Assembly (NCBI GenBank): GCA_030390025.1
Contig: CM059432.1
Span: 3,162,001-3,226,000 of the forward strand
DNA length: 64,000 nt
Direction of reading: 5' to 3'
Source: Squalus acanthias
Lineage: Eukaryota
This document shows, one piece after another, positions 22,424-34,745 of this stretch. Each line of letters begins with the position of its first letter. Position 1 is the stretch's first letter. Under the pieces are notes generated by a model. It saw only the letters and a program-made list of their open reading frames with translations, did no database searches and was not told where the DNA came from. A program made the position numbers and the translations under genes.

Positions 22424-23584
22424 ATGGGGGCTGCACTGATTGGGGGCGTTGTCCTGCTCCAGCTGAATCGGAGGACACAGAGACGCAGAGAGAGAGTGGC
22501 AATGATGGCCAGACGGAGGAGGGCCAACAGGCGTATGTACAGGAGAGCTTACCCTCCCAGGGTATATCGTGAACAGCTCTCCTACATTCATATGTCTGAG
22601 GAGCTGTGTTTGCGAAGGCTGCGATTCAGCAAGGAGGTGGTCACTGAGCTCTGCCACCTGCTGCAGCCAGATCTGCAGCCTCAACTGAGGTCCAGGACGT
22701 CTCTGTCGGTGGCAGTGAAGGTCACAGTGGCTCTCAACTTCTATGCTACTGGCTCATTTCAAGCTGCTGCTGGGGACCTCGCCAATATCTCCCAGTTCGC
22801 GGTGCATTGCTGCATCCGGCAGGTCACAAATGCCCTCTTTAAAAGGAGACGAGAGTTCATCTCTTTCCCCATGACCCCAGACAAGCAGCGTGACCGCGCT
22901 CTGGGCTTTGCGAGGATAGCGAGCTTCCCCATGGTGCAGGGCGCCATTGACTGCACGCATGTGGCTTTGCGTGCTCCACATGAGAATGCCGAGGAATTCC
23001 GGAACAGAAAGGGGTTCCATTCCTTGAATGTTCAGTTGGTCTGTGACCACAGACAGCTGATACTCGCTGTCAATGCCCACTATCCTGGCAGCTGCCACGA
23101 TGCTTTTATCCTGCGCCAGACTACTGTGGCAGAACTTTTCGAGGCACCGCATCAGCCAGTTGGTTGGCTTCTCGGGGACAAGGGGTATCCATTGAGCACC
23201 TGGCTGATGACACCGCTCCGTATGCCCAACACCACTGCTGAGCTGCGGTACAATGAGAGCCATCAAGCTACCAGGAACATCATTGAGCGCACAATCGGTG
23301 TGCTGAAGCAACGGTTCCGCTGTCTCGACCATTCTGGAGGAGCCCTGCAGTACTCGCCTGAGCGAGTATCCAACTTCGTAGTTGTGTGCTGCATGTTGCA
23401 TAACATGGCAATCGTCAGGACCCAGCCAATGCCACCAGGCCTTGGAGCACCACCAGAGGAGGAGGAGGAAGAGGAGGAAGAGGACGAGGAGGATGATCAT
23501 CAGCAGCACCAAGGCGGGAGGGCGGCTCACAATGGTGAAACTGCAAGGGCCGTCCGTCAACGGCTAATAGCAAGCCGCTTCTAG
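22424..23584 (+). CDS. Harbinger DDE transposase, 386 aa, intact
   Basis: GAIDCTH, HDAFIL, WLLGDKGYPL, IERTIGVLKQRF and CCMLHN motifs; no stops. Confidence 0.95.
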   Translation: MGAALIGGVVLLQLNRRTQRRRERVAMMARRRRANRRMYRRAYPPRVYREQLSYIHMSEELCLRRLRFSKEVVTELCHLLQPDLQPQLRSRTSLSVAVKVTVALNFYATGSFQAAAGDLANISQFAVHCCIRQVTNALFKRRREFISFPMTPDKQRDRALGFARIASFPMVQGAIDCTHVALRAPHENAEEFRNRKGFHSLNVQLVCDHRQLILAVNAHYPGSCHDAFILRQTTVAELFEAPHQPVGWLLGDKGYPLSTWLMTPLRMPNTTAELRYNESHQATRNIIERTIGVLKQRFRCLDHSGGALQYSPERVSNFVVVCCMLHNMAIVRTQPMPPGLGAPPEEEEEEEEEDEEDDHQQHQGGRAAHNGETARAVRQRLIASRF

Positions 23585-23896
23585 GGCCCCTGCTGTGGAA
23601 ATGGCTTCTGCCATTGCTAACAACATCAATGAACCCAGCACGCAACCCCTAAGCCGGCCAAGGCACCAATAATTCCAAACACCAAACATGTATATTTTGA
23701 ATACAAAAACTTATTTATTTTACAAACTCTGTGTGTGTCATTTCCTCATGACAAACTCATAGAAATAAACACAAAAAAACAGTCAATAACATAACTGGTT
23801 CTCACAACCTGGAGATAATGTCCAAAACACTAAACAAAAGTTGGACCACGAACCTCGGCCTTTAATAAAAAAATAACCAGCATTTTGTCACGCCTC

Positions 23897-25713
23897 CTAC
23901 TTTTTGCCCTTCGAGGGTGATCTCCTTCCCTTGCGCACTTCCCCCCTTCTAACCCTACTGCTCCTCCGTAATGGGACCTCAGTGGCTGCAGCAAGGCTGG
24001 TGGAATGCTGCTGATCGTCAGACCCTGACACTGCAGATGCCCCTGAAGGACGGCCTCGACCAGTTCTGGGCCTGGAGGGCCCGGCTGCAGACTGCACCAA
24101 CTCTGCATGGGCGGCAGCAGTCTGTCCTACAGGCGGTGGCAAGTGCAGTGGAGAAGTGACAGTGTTGGCAGCAGGAATGCTGTCATCGTGAGAGAGGACA
24201 GCAACTCCCTGCTCGCCTGACACACTGGCACTCCCACGGGGCAGCACTTCAGCATCCGGAGCAATCTGCTGGAGAACAGATTGCTGGCCTGCTGCGGCGC
24301 GGTGAGAGCCCCGGGGACATGTGAACGAACCATCGAGGTTGGCAGCAGTCTGTGCTCGCGTGGCCTCAATCTGAGTCTGCATGAGAGCAGTCAGAGATGG
24401 GATCACGGCAGCCAGTGACTGAATTGCAGCACTAAGCGTTAGTGCGGCATCCGCCTGTGCTACAGCGAAGTGCTCCACACTCCTTGCCAGTGACTCAATG
24501 CATTCGGGCACCCTTCCCACTGCACCCATGAGCTCAGTGTACATGCCCACCGCCTGGGTGTTCATTTCTGCGATCAGCCGCTCCTCCTCTGCGTCCATTG
24601 CAGTAGGAGTCTCTGGCATACTCTCCCTCTGGGGAGAAGGCCCCCGTTCTTCCCTACCCCCATGGCGTTGCTGCAGCCCGCTGGGTCCTGGAGCTTCACC
24701 CTCATCAGACCCTTCCCCCCTGCTCCCCTCCAGGGAAGGCGTGTTCCCAGTGTGGGCATGGGCTTCCTCGGGAGAGGGTGGCACTGATGCTCCGGCTTCC
24801 TCTTCCTCCTCGGCTGCAGCTTCACTCCCAGTGGCAGCTTCAGGGCCCGTCTCCTCAGCTGGTGAATCACCATCTGAAAGCAGGGAGGTACAAGAGTGGC
24901 TTTAGCGTAAGGACAGGGTGGCAGTAAGGGAGGAATAAGTGCAGCGAGTTAGCAAGTTGGATTGAAAGTGTCAAAGGCTGGTGTTGTGAGGGACAAGTGG
25001 AAGGACAGAGGACAAAAAGGTGATGACCTTACCATTGCTGTCCAGAACGGGGTCGGCGTCTCCAGTGGCGACGGGACCGATCACCCGGCTTGCCACAATC
25101 CTGTGGACGCGCTCAAGATCGCTGAGGGGTTGCAGCTGAGGCCGCCCTCCACCTGTCCGTTGCTGCTGTCTCCGATTATGCGCCAGCTTGGCCTGCAAGA
25201 AAAAGGACAGCATCTGAGTAAATATACAGCCATGGTCTTGCCTGATGTGCCTCCCATAGGTGAATAGCCCTTACTGTATGCAGCCATGGTCTTGCCTGAT
25301 GTGCCTCCCATAGGTGAATAGCCCTTACTGTATGCAAAGTGTGGAATGTGTGTGTGTGTTTCATGAAAGGGCCATAGGTGTTGGATGAGTGTTGTGCATT
25401 GGGGTTTTAAGACCCTCTGGCCATAGAGTGAGGTTGAGATGGAGGGATGGAGAGGTATTGAGAAAAAGCCACTCACCCTGACGACCCGAGTGAGGTCGTT
25501 GAACTTTTTGCGGCATTGAACATGGGTCCTGGGCACCATGCTCCTGGAGGAGACGCTCTGAGCCACCTCCCTCCACACTCTTCTGTACTCGCGTGGCAAA
25601 GGCCTCCTGCCACTCTCAGGGAAGAGCATACATCTTCTGCGCTCCACCGCACCAACCAGAGCATCCAAGGCCCGCTCGGTGAAGCGATGAGCTCGTTCTC
25701 TCACCCTCTCCAT
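23897..25713 (-). CDS. Harbinger Myb/SANT-like DNA-binding protein (NAIF1/MSANTD-like), 457 aa; exons 25713-25477, 25192-25033, 24873-23897
   Basis: Donors AGG|GTGAGT and ATG|GTAAGG, acceptors TTCTTGCAG| and CTTTCAG|; intron phases 0 and 1 join into one uninterrupted frame; basic C-terminus RRSSRVRRGEVRKGRRSPSKGKK. Confidence 0.88.
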
Positions 25714-26466
25714 CCTTGGCAGCAAAATGGATTCACAGGTCTCTCCAGGCCGAGATTCAAGGCTGCAATGAGCAGGGTGTGGCTGGGGAGCAAGTTGGCC
25801 CCCCCCCGCTTTAAGAAGTGGCCGGCGCCAGTGTGTCTGTGTTCCCTCGCTAACTGGCAGCAGCTGCGCTGCGCTCGCGCGCTGAGTTAGCGCCTCACTG
25901 CTCGGCCTTTGCGCCTTAAGACAGGTGTGCAGCGCCTGATTTAGCGCTCCACTCAACTCCCGGGGCGGTAAAAGTGAAGTTTCCAGTCAGTGGCGATAAT
26001 TAGCGCCAGGCGCTAATATTTGCGTCCAGACGATATTTGCGCCCCAAACGGGGCGCGACCTAATTTTCCCCCCATTATCTGGTCATTATCACATTGCTGT
26101 TTGTGGGAGCTTGCTGTGCGTAAATTGGATGCCGCGTTTCCAACATTACACTTCATTGGCTGTAAAGCACTTCGGGACGTCCTGATGTTGTGAAAGGCGC
26201 TGTAGAAATACAAGTTCTTTCTTTCTTTCTTTCTATGTGAAGAAAGGCCAGTTGGTTGAGGTATGAGAAAGCTGCCAATACCCAGTGAACTGTACTCGAG
26301 CAGGAGTTACTGCCTTCAGGGGAAAGGGCAAGAAAACTGGAGGGAGAATCTTGGCATCAAACCATGGTTTATGGCAGTGCCAGATCAACTTTAAATTAGA
26401 TAAGTTAAAAAGCCCGTCACTTAAGTTATCTTCTGATTCCATTTGTACATCCTAATCTCATACATA

Positions 26467-27180
26467 GGGTTGAATCTTAACTCCCAAAAACGGGTGGGTT
26501 GGGGTCGTGACAGAGGTTAAAATGCAAAAAAAAATCCGGAACAGGAACCGACTCCACCCACGGAGGCGGGCCGAGGGGGTGGAGGACCAATCCGCTTGCG
26601 GGAAGCAGGTTGGTCATTTAAATATTATAACGAGGCTGCCTGCCTTCATTTTAACAGTGATTCTAATTTTAACCACAGGCAGCCGGGTTTCCCAGGCCTC
26701 GGGAAACCCGGCTGCTGAAAGCAGGCAAGAAGGGGTGAATCCATGAGGTAAGTTCTTATAACCAGGGGGCATAATTTCAGAATAAGGGGGCACCCTTTCA
26801 AATCGGAAATGAGGAGGAATTTCTTCTCTCAGAGGGTCATGAATCTTTGGAATTCTCTTCCCCAGAGAGCTGTGGAGGCTGGGTCAGTGAATATATTTAA
26901 GGTGGAGATAGACAGATTTTTGAATGGTAAGGGAGTCAAGGGTTATGGGAAGCAGGCAGGGAAGTGGAGTTGAGGCCAAGATCAGATCAGCCATGATCTT
27001 ACTGAATGGCAGAGCAGGCTCGAGGGGCCGAATGACCGACTCCTGCTCCTACGTCTTATGTTCTTATGTTATGTTCTTTTACAGCACTGCTTGTGGGCCA
27101 GGAGGAGCAGGAGTGTTTCCTTCAGGTCCAACAAGCGACCCAGTAAATCACCATCCCCCGCGATCTGTCTGCTCCCCCCA
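26467..27180. mobile_element. Probable MITE remnant interrupted by a CR1 3' fragment (26760-27072)
   Basis: Starts GGGTTGAATCTTAAC (Harbinger-MITE-like end); GTTCTT on both sides of the CR1; other end not found. Confidence 0.45.
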
Positions 27181-27304
27181 CCACTAACAATCTGCTAAAT
27201 GGAGACTACGTTTGAAGTAATATTTAATCTGGATATAACATGCTTTAGATTAACTTCACATGAGGAGAATTTAATCACTAAGCTATCCATAGCTATCTAT
27301 GTGA

Positions 27305-27690
27305 AAAATTCTCATCCTTGTTTTCCAATCCCTCCACGGCCTCGCCCCCTCCCTATCTCTGTAACCTCCTCCAGCCCCACAACCCTCCGAGATCTCTGCG
27401 CTCCTCCAATTCTGCCTCTTGCGCATCCCCGATTTTCATCGCTCCACCATTGGTGGCCGTGCCTTCAGCTGCCTGGGCCCTAAGCTCTGGAATTCCCTCC
27501 CTAAACCTCTCTTCCTCTCTACCTCTCTCTCCTCCTTTAAGACGCTCCTTAAAACCTACCGCTTTTGGTCATCTGTCCTAATGTCTCCTTATGTGGCTTG
27601 GTGTCAAATTTTGTTTGGTAACGCTTCTGTGAAGCGCCCTGGGACGTTTTACTACATTTAAAGGCGCTATATAAATACAGGGTGTTGTTT
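27305..27690 (+). mobile_element. L2 LINE 3' fragment
   Basis: RSTIGGRAFSCLGPKLWNSLP plus tail. Confidence 0.88.
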
Positions 27691-29206
27691 TTGAGTGATG
27701 TAAGGCCAGCTCCGGCATTCCTGATCCATGTACCTGGTGCTGAATTGGGAAAGTGGCTCAGTTTTGTTTTTGATTGATGGTTCTTACGGATGATCTGCGT
27801 TACCTGCTGGTACTGGTTGCTGATAACATCTTCCAGAACATTCCAACGCCTGTTGTGTTTGAAGCCGAGTCACTGACGGTATCAAGTGGATCTTTGACAG
27901 AAAGCAATCTGAGTCCTCAATGAACTTGATACTTTACAGAGCCCGAGCCTGCTTTCCATTGCTGATATTACTCAGTATTGCGAAGTATTTAGACCCCAAC
28001 TGCTCCGTGCCGGTGTTTCTGCTCCACACGAGCCTCCTCCCACCCACTCTTCATCTCACCCTATCACCATATCCCTCTATTCCTTTCTCCCTACAGCTTC
28101 CCCTTAAATGCATCGATACTATTTGCCTCAACCACTCCCTGTGGTGACGAGTTCCACATTCTCACCACTCTCTGGGTAAAGAAGTTTCTCCTGAATTCCC
28201 GATTGGATTTATTAGTGACTATCTTATCTTTATGGCCTCTAGTTTTGGACTCTTTCTCCCACAAGTGGAAACATCGGCCGGAATTTTGCTGGTGCTCAGC
28301 GGACGAGATCGGTGGCGGGTCGGCAGTGGAATTTGATTTGATTGACAGCGGGTCAAATCGCGCACACTTGCCTTTCCCAATGTCGGGTCTGCCAGCGCTG
28401 AGCAGACCCGACCGGCAGCGGCAGGGGACCTAATTTAAACAATTATTGACTTGTTGACAAGCCCTCAAGTGTGAATTTAACCAAACCTTGTGACTTTAAC
28501 AGCTCACCCACGGCTTCCACGCTGCTCCTGGACCCAGTCTGTTAATCTGAGGCGGAAGTTGCGTGGCCATTGAATCAACTAATGAGTGACAGCTTGAAAT
28601 GTAGTATAAAAGCTCCCACTTCACACCTGTTTACTTTCAGCAGCTGTTGCTTTCGCCCTTTGGAAGACAGATTGAGCTTTATGCAGCTTGCAAGTGTTTG
28701 GAGTATCCAGTGTCATCTCATTGCAGCAACCTCTCTCACCATTGACAGATCGCTTCTGTCATCTCAACTTCAACTGCCATCTATTCCATCAGCATGGGTG
28801 CCCTTTATACTGTCTCACCTTGGTCCTCAGAATCCCACCATGATCAGCCCCAACACCAGCAGCACCAACAACAGCACCAACCTTCTCCGCGATCACCTGA
28901 TGCTGCACAAGACACCGGGCATCAGCACCTGAGCACATTGCTGCCCAGGAGGCCAGGGATGGCCTCACCATGGCCAGATTTACTTCACTTGACGCTGTAC
29001 ACCCTGGCTGCCACATGATGCGCCAGGTTGGCACCACCCCACACCAACACCATAAAGCATCCCTACAATGCCCAAGCCATTCCTTTCACACTCACCACCA
29101 TTGCGGGGGGTACCGTTATGTCTCACCATTCACTGCAACTCACTAAGCCACTTACAAAGGTGCATACAAATCTATCCATGAACGCAAAGTGTTGAAAATA
29201 AAGGTT

Positions 29207-32200
29207 AACATAACGTAGGAACAAAAGAAATAGGAGCAGGAGTAGGCCATACGGCCCCTCGAGCCTGCTCCACCATTCAATAAGATCATGGCTGATCTTC
29301 TACCTCAACTCCACTTTCCTGCACTATCCCCATATCCCTTGATTCCCTTAATATCCAAAAATCTATCGATCTCTGTCTTGAATATACTCAACGACTGAGC
29401 CTCCACAGCCCTCTGGGGTAGAGAATTCCAAAGATTCACCACCCTCTGAGTGAAGAAATTTCTCCTCATCTCAGTCCTAAATGGCCGATCCCTTATTCTG
29501 AGACTGTGACCCCTGGTTCTAGACTCCCCAGCCAGGGGAAACATCCTCCCTGCATCTACCCTGTCAAGCCCTGTAAGGATTTTGTATGTTTCAATGAGAT
29601 CACCTCTCATTCTTCTAAACTCTAGAGAATATAGGCAGAGCCTACTCAATCTCTCCTCAGGACAATCCCCCCCATCCCAGGAATCAGTCTGGTGAACCTT
29701 CGTTGCACTCCCTCTATGGCAAGTATATCCTTCCTTAGGTAAGGAGACCAAAACTGTACACAATACTCCAGGTGTGGTCTAACCAGGGCCCTATATAATT
29801 GCAGTAAGACATCTTTACTCTTGTACTGAAATCCTCTTGTAATAAAGGCAAACATACCATTTGCTTTCCTAATTGCTTGCTGTACCTGCATGTTAACTTT
29901 GAGTGATTAGTGTACAAGGACACCCAGGTCCCTCTGAACACCAACATTTCCCAAACTCTCACCATTTAAAAAATACTCTGCTTTTCTATTTTTCCTACCA
30001 AAGTGGATAACTTCACATTTCTCCACATTATATTCCATTTGCCATGTTCTTGCCCACTCACTTAGCCTGTCTATATCACCTTGAAGCCTCTTTGCATCCT
30101 CCTCACAACTTACATTCCCACCCAGCTTTGTATCATCAGCAAACTTGGACATATTATATTTGGCACCCTCAACCAAATCATTGATGTAGATTGTGAATAG
30201 CTGAGGCCCAAGCACTGATCCTTGCGGTACCCCACTAGTTACAGCCTGCCAACTCGAAAATGACTCGTTTATTCCTACTCTCTGTTTTCTGTCCATTAAC
30301 CAATCCTCAATCCATGCTAATATATTACCCCCAATCTCATGAGCCCTAATTTTGTTTAATAACCTCTTGTGTGGCACCTTATCGAATGCCTTCTGAAAAT
30401 CCAAATACACCACATCCATCGATTCCACCTTATCTATTCTGCTACTTACAACCTGAAAAAACTCTAACAGATTCGTCAAACATGATTTCCCTTTCATAAA
30501 TCCATGTTGACTCTGCCCAATCCTATTATTATTTTCTAAGTGCCCTTTTACCACGTCCTTAATAATAGATTCTAGCATTTTCCTTACTACTGATGTCAGG
30601 CTAACTGGTCTGTAGTTCCCCGTTTTCTCTCTCCCTCCTTTCTTAAATAGTGGCGTTACATTTGCTATCTTCCAATCCACAGGAACCGTTCCAGAATCTA
30701 TGGAATTTTGGAAGATGACAACCAATGCATCCACTATCTCTATAGCCACCTCTTTCAAAACCCTAGGATGTAGGCCATCAGGTCCAGGGGATTTATCGGC
30801 TTTCAGTCCCATTAATTTCTCCAGTAATATTTCCTTACTAATACTAATTTCTTTCAGTTCCTCATTCTCACTAGACCCTTGGTTCTCCTATTTCTGGGAA
30901 GTTTTTTGCGTCTTCTTCCGTGAAGACAGACACAAAAGCTGTGATTTTTTCATTAGAGGTGGGCTGGGTGCGGGTCAGGTGGTTTCCGGCTTCCAGTCCC
31001 GCCCCCAACTGCATCCGGCCCACAGACGTGATTTTATGTTGATTGACCTTGTTAAGCCCACCCTGCGGGCTTGCTGGCCAATTAAGAGGAAGCCGGTCAG
31101 ATGACGTCATTTGATGACTGCGTCATCTGCCGCTTTTCTGAAAGGGACCATGCACAATTTTATTTTGGCAGCTGATTTCTCAGTGTTTGACAGCATTGAG
31201 GTGCGGAAAACACTGACAATCACTCTACCAAGGTGAGCTCTTGACACCTAGGCTCTCCAATGACTCCCTCCATAGGCTGGAATAGATGGCAGCTGCAGGT
31301 GAGGTGACAGAAGCGATCTGTCACTGGTGAGAGAGGTTCTCCCAATGAGGTGGCACTGGGCATGGATTTCAAAACTTGTTACCTAAAGAAATGTGTAAAT
31401 ACATTAAAAATGAATTTCCCAACATTTTCTTACCTCTGAGACTCACCAGTGCACCATTGGATCCTTCACACCACTTCTGCAACTGTCATCAATCCAGAAA
31501 CATTACACCAGACTCACAACACGTCACGCTTACCTGGCGTAGAGTCCGGACATCGGGAAACCCGAGGCAGAAGCCGCAAAATGTAAAAAATAGCCTGTCA
31601 ATTACTATCAACTACCTGTTAATAGGCAGGTAATTGGCTTTAATCCACTTCCCGCCGCTAGGTACCGGGTCCATGCGCAAATCAGGGACCCGACACTTGG
31701 GAAAATTGTTTGGAGGCGGGTTGACAGCGGGATCGGAACCCGCCGTCAATCAAAACGATCTTGACTTTTGACCCGCCTCCAAAGTCACCCTCTCAGTGCC
31801 GATAAAATCGCGGCCAAAGTATTTCCTTAATTTCTCATCCATTTTCTTATTCCCCATTATAATTTCCCCTGTCTCAGCCTGTTAGGGACCCACATTTACT
31901 TTCGCTAATTTTTTCCTTTTTGCATACCTATAGAAGCTTTTACAATCTGTTTTTATGTCTCGCTAGTCTACTCTCATATTCTATTTTCCCTTTCTTTATC
32001 AATTTCTTGGTCCTCCTTTGCTGAATTCTAAAATCCTCCCAATCCTCAGGCTTACTACTCTTGTTGCCAACATTATAAGCCTCTTCCTTTGATCTAATAC
32101 TATCTTTAACTTCTCTTGTTAGCCACGGTTGGACCACTTTTCCTGTGGTGTTTTTGTGCCTTAAAGGAATGTATATTTGTTGTAATTTATGTATTAATTC

Positions 32201-32468
32201 TTTAAATGCTAGCCGTTGCTTGTCTACTGTCATACCTTTTAATGTAGTTGCCCAATCTACCTTAGCCAACTCGCCCCTCATACCAACATAGTTTGCTTTG
32301 TTTAGATTTAAGACCCTAGTTTCGGATTTAACTAAATCACTTTCAAACTTAATATAAAATTCTATCATATTATAGTCACTCTTCCCTAAGGGCCCCTTTA
32401 CTACAATATTATTAATTAACCCTTTCTCATTGCACAATACTCGATCGAAAATAGCCTGTTCCCTAGTT
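29207..32468 (-). mobile_element. 5'-truncated CR1 LINE (ORF2/RT pseudogene), interrupted by MITE 30937-31815
   Basis: ORF 29907-30812 has NYRPVSLTS, QHGF, YLDFQKAFDKVPH, GVPQGSVLGP and KFADDTKL; broken by stops and frameshifts. Confidence 0.95.
30937..31815. mobile_element. Harbinger MITE (element D) related to elements A and B
   Basis: Decayed left TIR AGCTGTGATTTT, right TIR AAAATCGCGGCC; TSD AAA; shares GATGACGTCATTTGATGAC with A and B. Confidence 0.82.
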
Positions 32469-32936
32469 TTCAATGTTTGACACCACATTAACAGAAACTT
32501 TACATGAATATTGCATAAAATACCCAAGTGCCTACCCTTATGTGTTGTTAGTTGGTATGATTGCACTAGGATGTGGGTGAGTGTGAGGGGTGGCTAGTGA
32601 GATGGAGATTTGATGATATAGATAGAGAAGGATGGGTGGAGGTCCAAGGTAAGTTGGTGTGAGTAAGGATGTGCAAGAGTAGGGTAGGGAAGGCAGAGTG
32701 ATGGGGATGTAATGAGAGCCACAGCAGAATGAGGTTGAGTGTGGCTTTGTACTGACGTTTCGTGATCTACTGAGATCATTGAAAGGTTTGCGGCACTGCA
32801 CCCAGGTCCTCCTGACCACATCCCTGGTTGTGCCCTCCTGTGCAATGTGCAACCAGGCTGCATTGATCTCTTGGTGAGGTGTCTTCCACCTATAGGAAGG
32901 GAAGAGGACCTCCCTGCATGTTGTGACTCCCTCCTT

Positions 32937-33361
32937 CACGGTGGCATAGTGGTTAGCACTGGTGCCTCACAGCGCCAGAGACCCGGGTTCAAATCTGACC
33001 TCAGGTGACTGTCTGTGTGGAGTTTGCACATTCTCCCCGTGTCTGCGTGGGTTTCCTCCGGGTGCTCCGGTTTCCTCCCACAGTCCAAAAATGTGCGGGT
33101 TAGGTTGATTTGGCTATGATAAATTGACCCTTAGTGTTAGGGGGGGATTAAATATGTGGGGTTATGGGGATAGGATAGGATGGGATATGTTAGGGGGAAT
33201 TAAATACGTGGGGTTACGGGGGTAGGGTGGGATATGTGTACTGTGGGGATTAAAGCAGGGACAGGGTACTGGATTTGGATGATCAGCCATGATAGTATTG
33301 AATGGTGGAGCAGGCTCGATGGGCCGAATGGCCTACTCCTGCTCCTAGATTCTATGTTTCT
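32937..33361 (+). mobile_element. HE1-like V-SINE splitting the decayed Myb exon of element A
   Basis: Near-identical to the reverse complement of 12279-12703. Confidence 0.9.
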
Positions 33362-33984
33362 ATAAGCATATGGAGTGAGTCATGGGAGAGCCTGGGTGCA
33401 GCCCTGTGCCTTTGTGCAGTGCTTGTCAGTGTTTGCAGCACCTCAATGCTGCTCAACACTGACAGCACAAATGTCAAAATAAATTTGTCCGTGGTCCCTT
33501 TAAGGAAACTGGCTGATGACACGTCATCAAATGACGTCACCAGACCCGCTTCCTCTAATTGGCCGGGAAACGCGTTGGGCGGGGCTTAACAAGCCCAGTC
33601 AAGGGAAATTAATTTCAGGCAGCGGGATGGACCCGCCACCGACATCGCCCGCCACAGACCCGCCGAGGTCAGCAAAATCCCGGCCACCTTCTCTACGTCC
33701 ACCCTATCAAACCCTTTCATAATTTTAAAGACCTCTATCAGGTCACTCCTCAGCCTTCTATTTTTCTAAAGAAAAGAGCCCCAGCCTGTTCAGCCTTTCC
33801 TTATAGGTATCACCGCCCAGTTCTGGTACCATCCTTGTAAATCCTTTTTGCACTTTCTCCAGTGCCTCTATATGCTTTTTGTAATATGGAGACCTCAACT
33901 GTGCACAGTAACTCCTAGTGTGGTCTTAGAATACTAAATAGGGAATTTGGGCAGAACTATTTTAAATGAAGGGCAACAAACAAC

Positions 33985-34340
33985 AGGCTGACACTCCCAG
34001 TGCAGTGCTGAGGGAGCGCTGCACTGTCGGAGGTGCCGTCTTTCAGATGAGACGTTAAACCGAGGCCCCGTCTGCTCTCTCAGGTGGACGTAAGAAATTC
34101 CGCGGCACTATTTCGAAGAAGAGCAGGGGCGAGTTCTCCCCCGGTGTCCTGGGGCCAATATTTATCCCTCAATCAACATCACTAAAACAGATTATCTGGT
34201 CATTATCACATTGCTGTTTGTGGGAGCTTGCTGTGCGCAAATTGGCTGCCGCGTTTCCTACATTACAACAGTGACTACACTTCAAAAAGTACTTCATTGG
34301 CTGTAAAGCGCTTTGAGACGTCCTGAGGTTGTGAAAAGTC
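33985..34340 (+). mobile_element. Deu-domain SINE, head missing
   Basis: Deu core and most of the tail. Confidence 0.88.
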
Positions 34341-34745
34341 TTTCTTGAGGGTAGAAACTCGACCTGGGGCGGTGGCACAAACCCGGCGATATCATGTCTG
34401 CCGGCCGGTGTACTCCCGGCCCGATACGCAGTTCCATTGACTTCAACAGTGCTGAATATGGGTGGGGCGCATAACGAGTGGTCGCTGCGATATCTCCACG
34501 TTCAGCGCGACCGTCCACGACAACTTACCACCCAGTTGAACAACTTCCACTGATATACTTACTGCCTTCAACATTACAACATCCCTCCGAGTGCTTCACA
34601 GCTGAGCGCAGGAATGACGACAGAGGAGGCAGCCAATAGCAGCAGGCCAATAGGTCATTCTTTGAGGAGCCTTTTGAAGCATCAAGTTTCCGCCAATCTT
34701 CCGGCTGAGTGACGAGAGTTGGGAGAAACCCCACGGGAATTCCAG

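Larger units (their letters stand above)
21912..26073 (+). mobile_element. PIF/Harbinger DNA transposon, copy 2 (4162 bp, apparently intact and autonomous)
   Basis: TIRs GGGGTAAAAATT and AATTTTCCCCCC; TSD ATT (21909-21911, 26074-26076); both genes open. Confidence 0.95.
28276..33685. mobile_element. Non-autonomous Harbinger (second family, element A) with nested CR1, MITE and V-SINE; itself inside a CR1
   Basis: TIRs GGCCGGAATTTTGCTG and CAGCAAAATCCCGGCC; TSD ATC/ACC; flanks rejoin to CR1 GGAAACATCTTCTCTACG; decayed Myb exon WLHIAQE...RTWVQCRKPFNDL on the - strand. Confidence 0.85.

Noticed and set aside
16706..23584. Calling the transposases host HARBI1 or the Myb genes NAIF1/MSANTD
   Set aside because: Both lie inside TIR/TSD-bounded elements inserted in other repeats, so they are transposon genes and not domesticated orthologues.
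16196..26073. Tandem duplication or haplotype misassembly as the origin of the two Harbingers
   Set aside because: Different TSDs, different flanks and substantial sequence differences.
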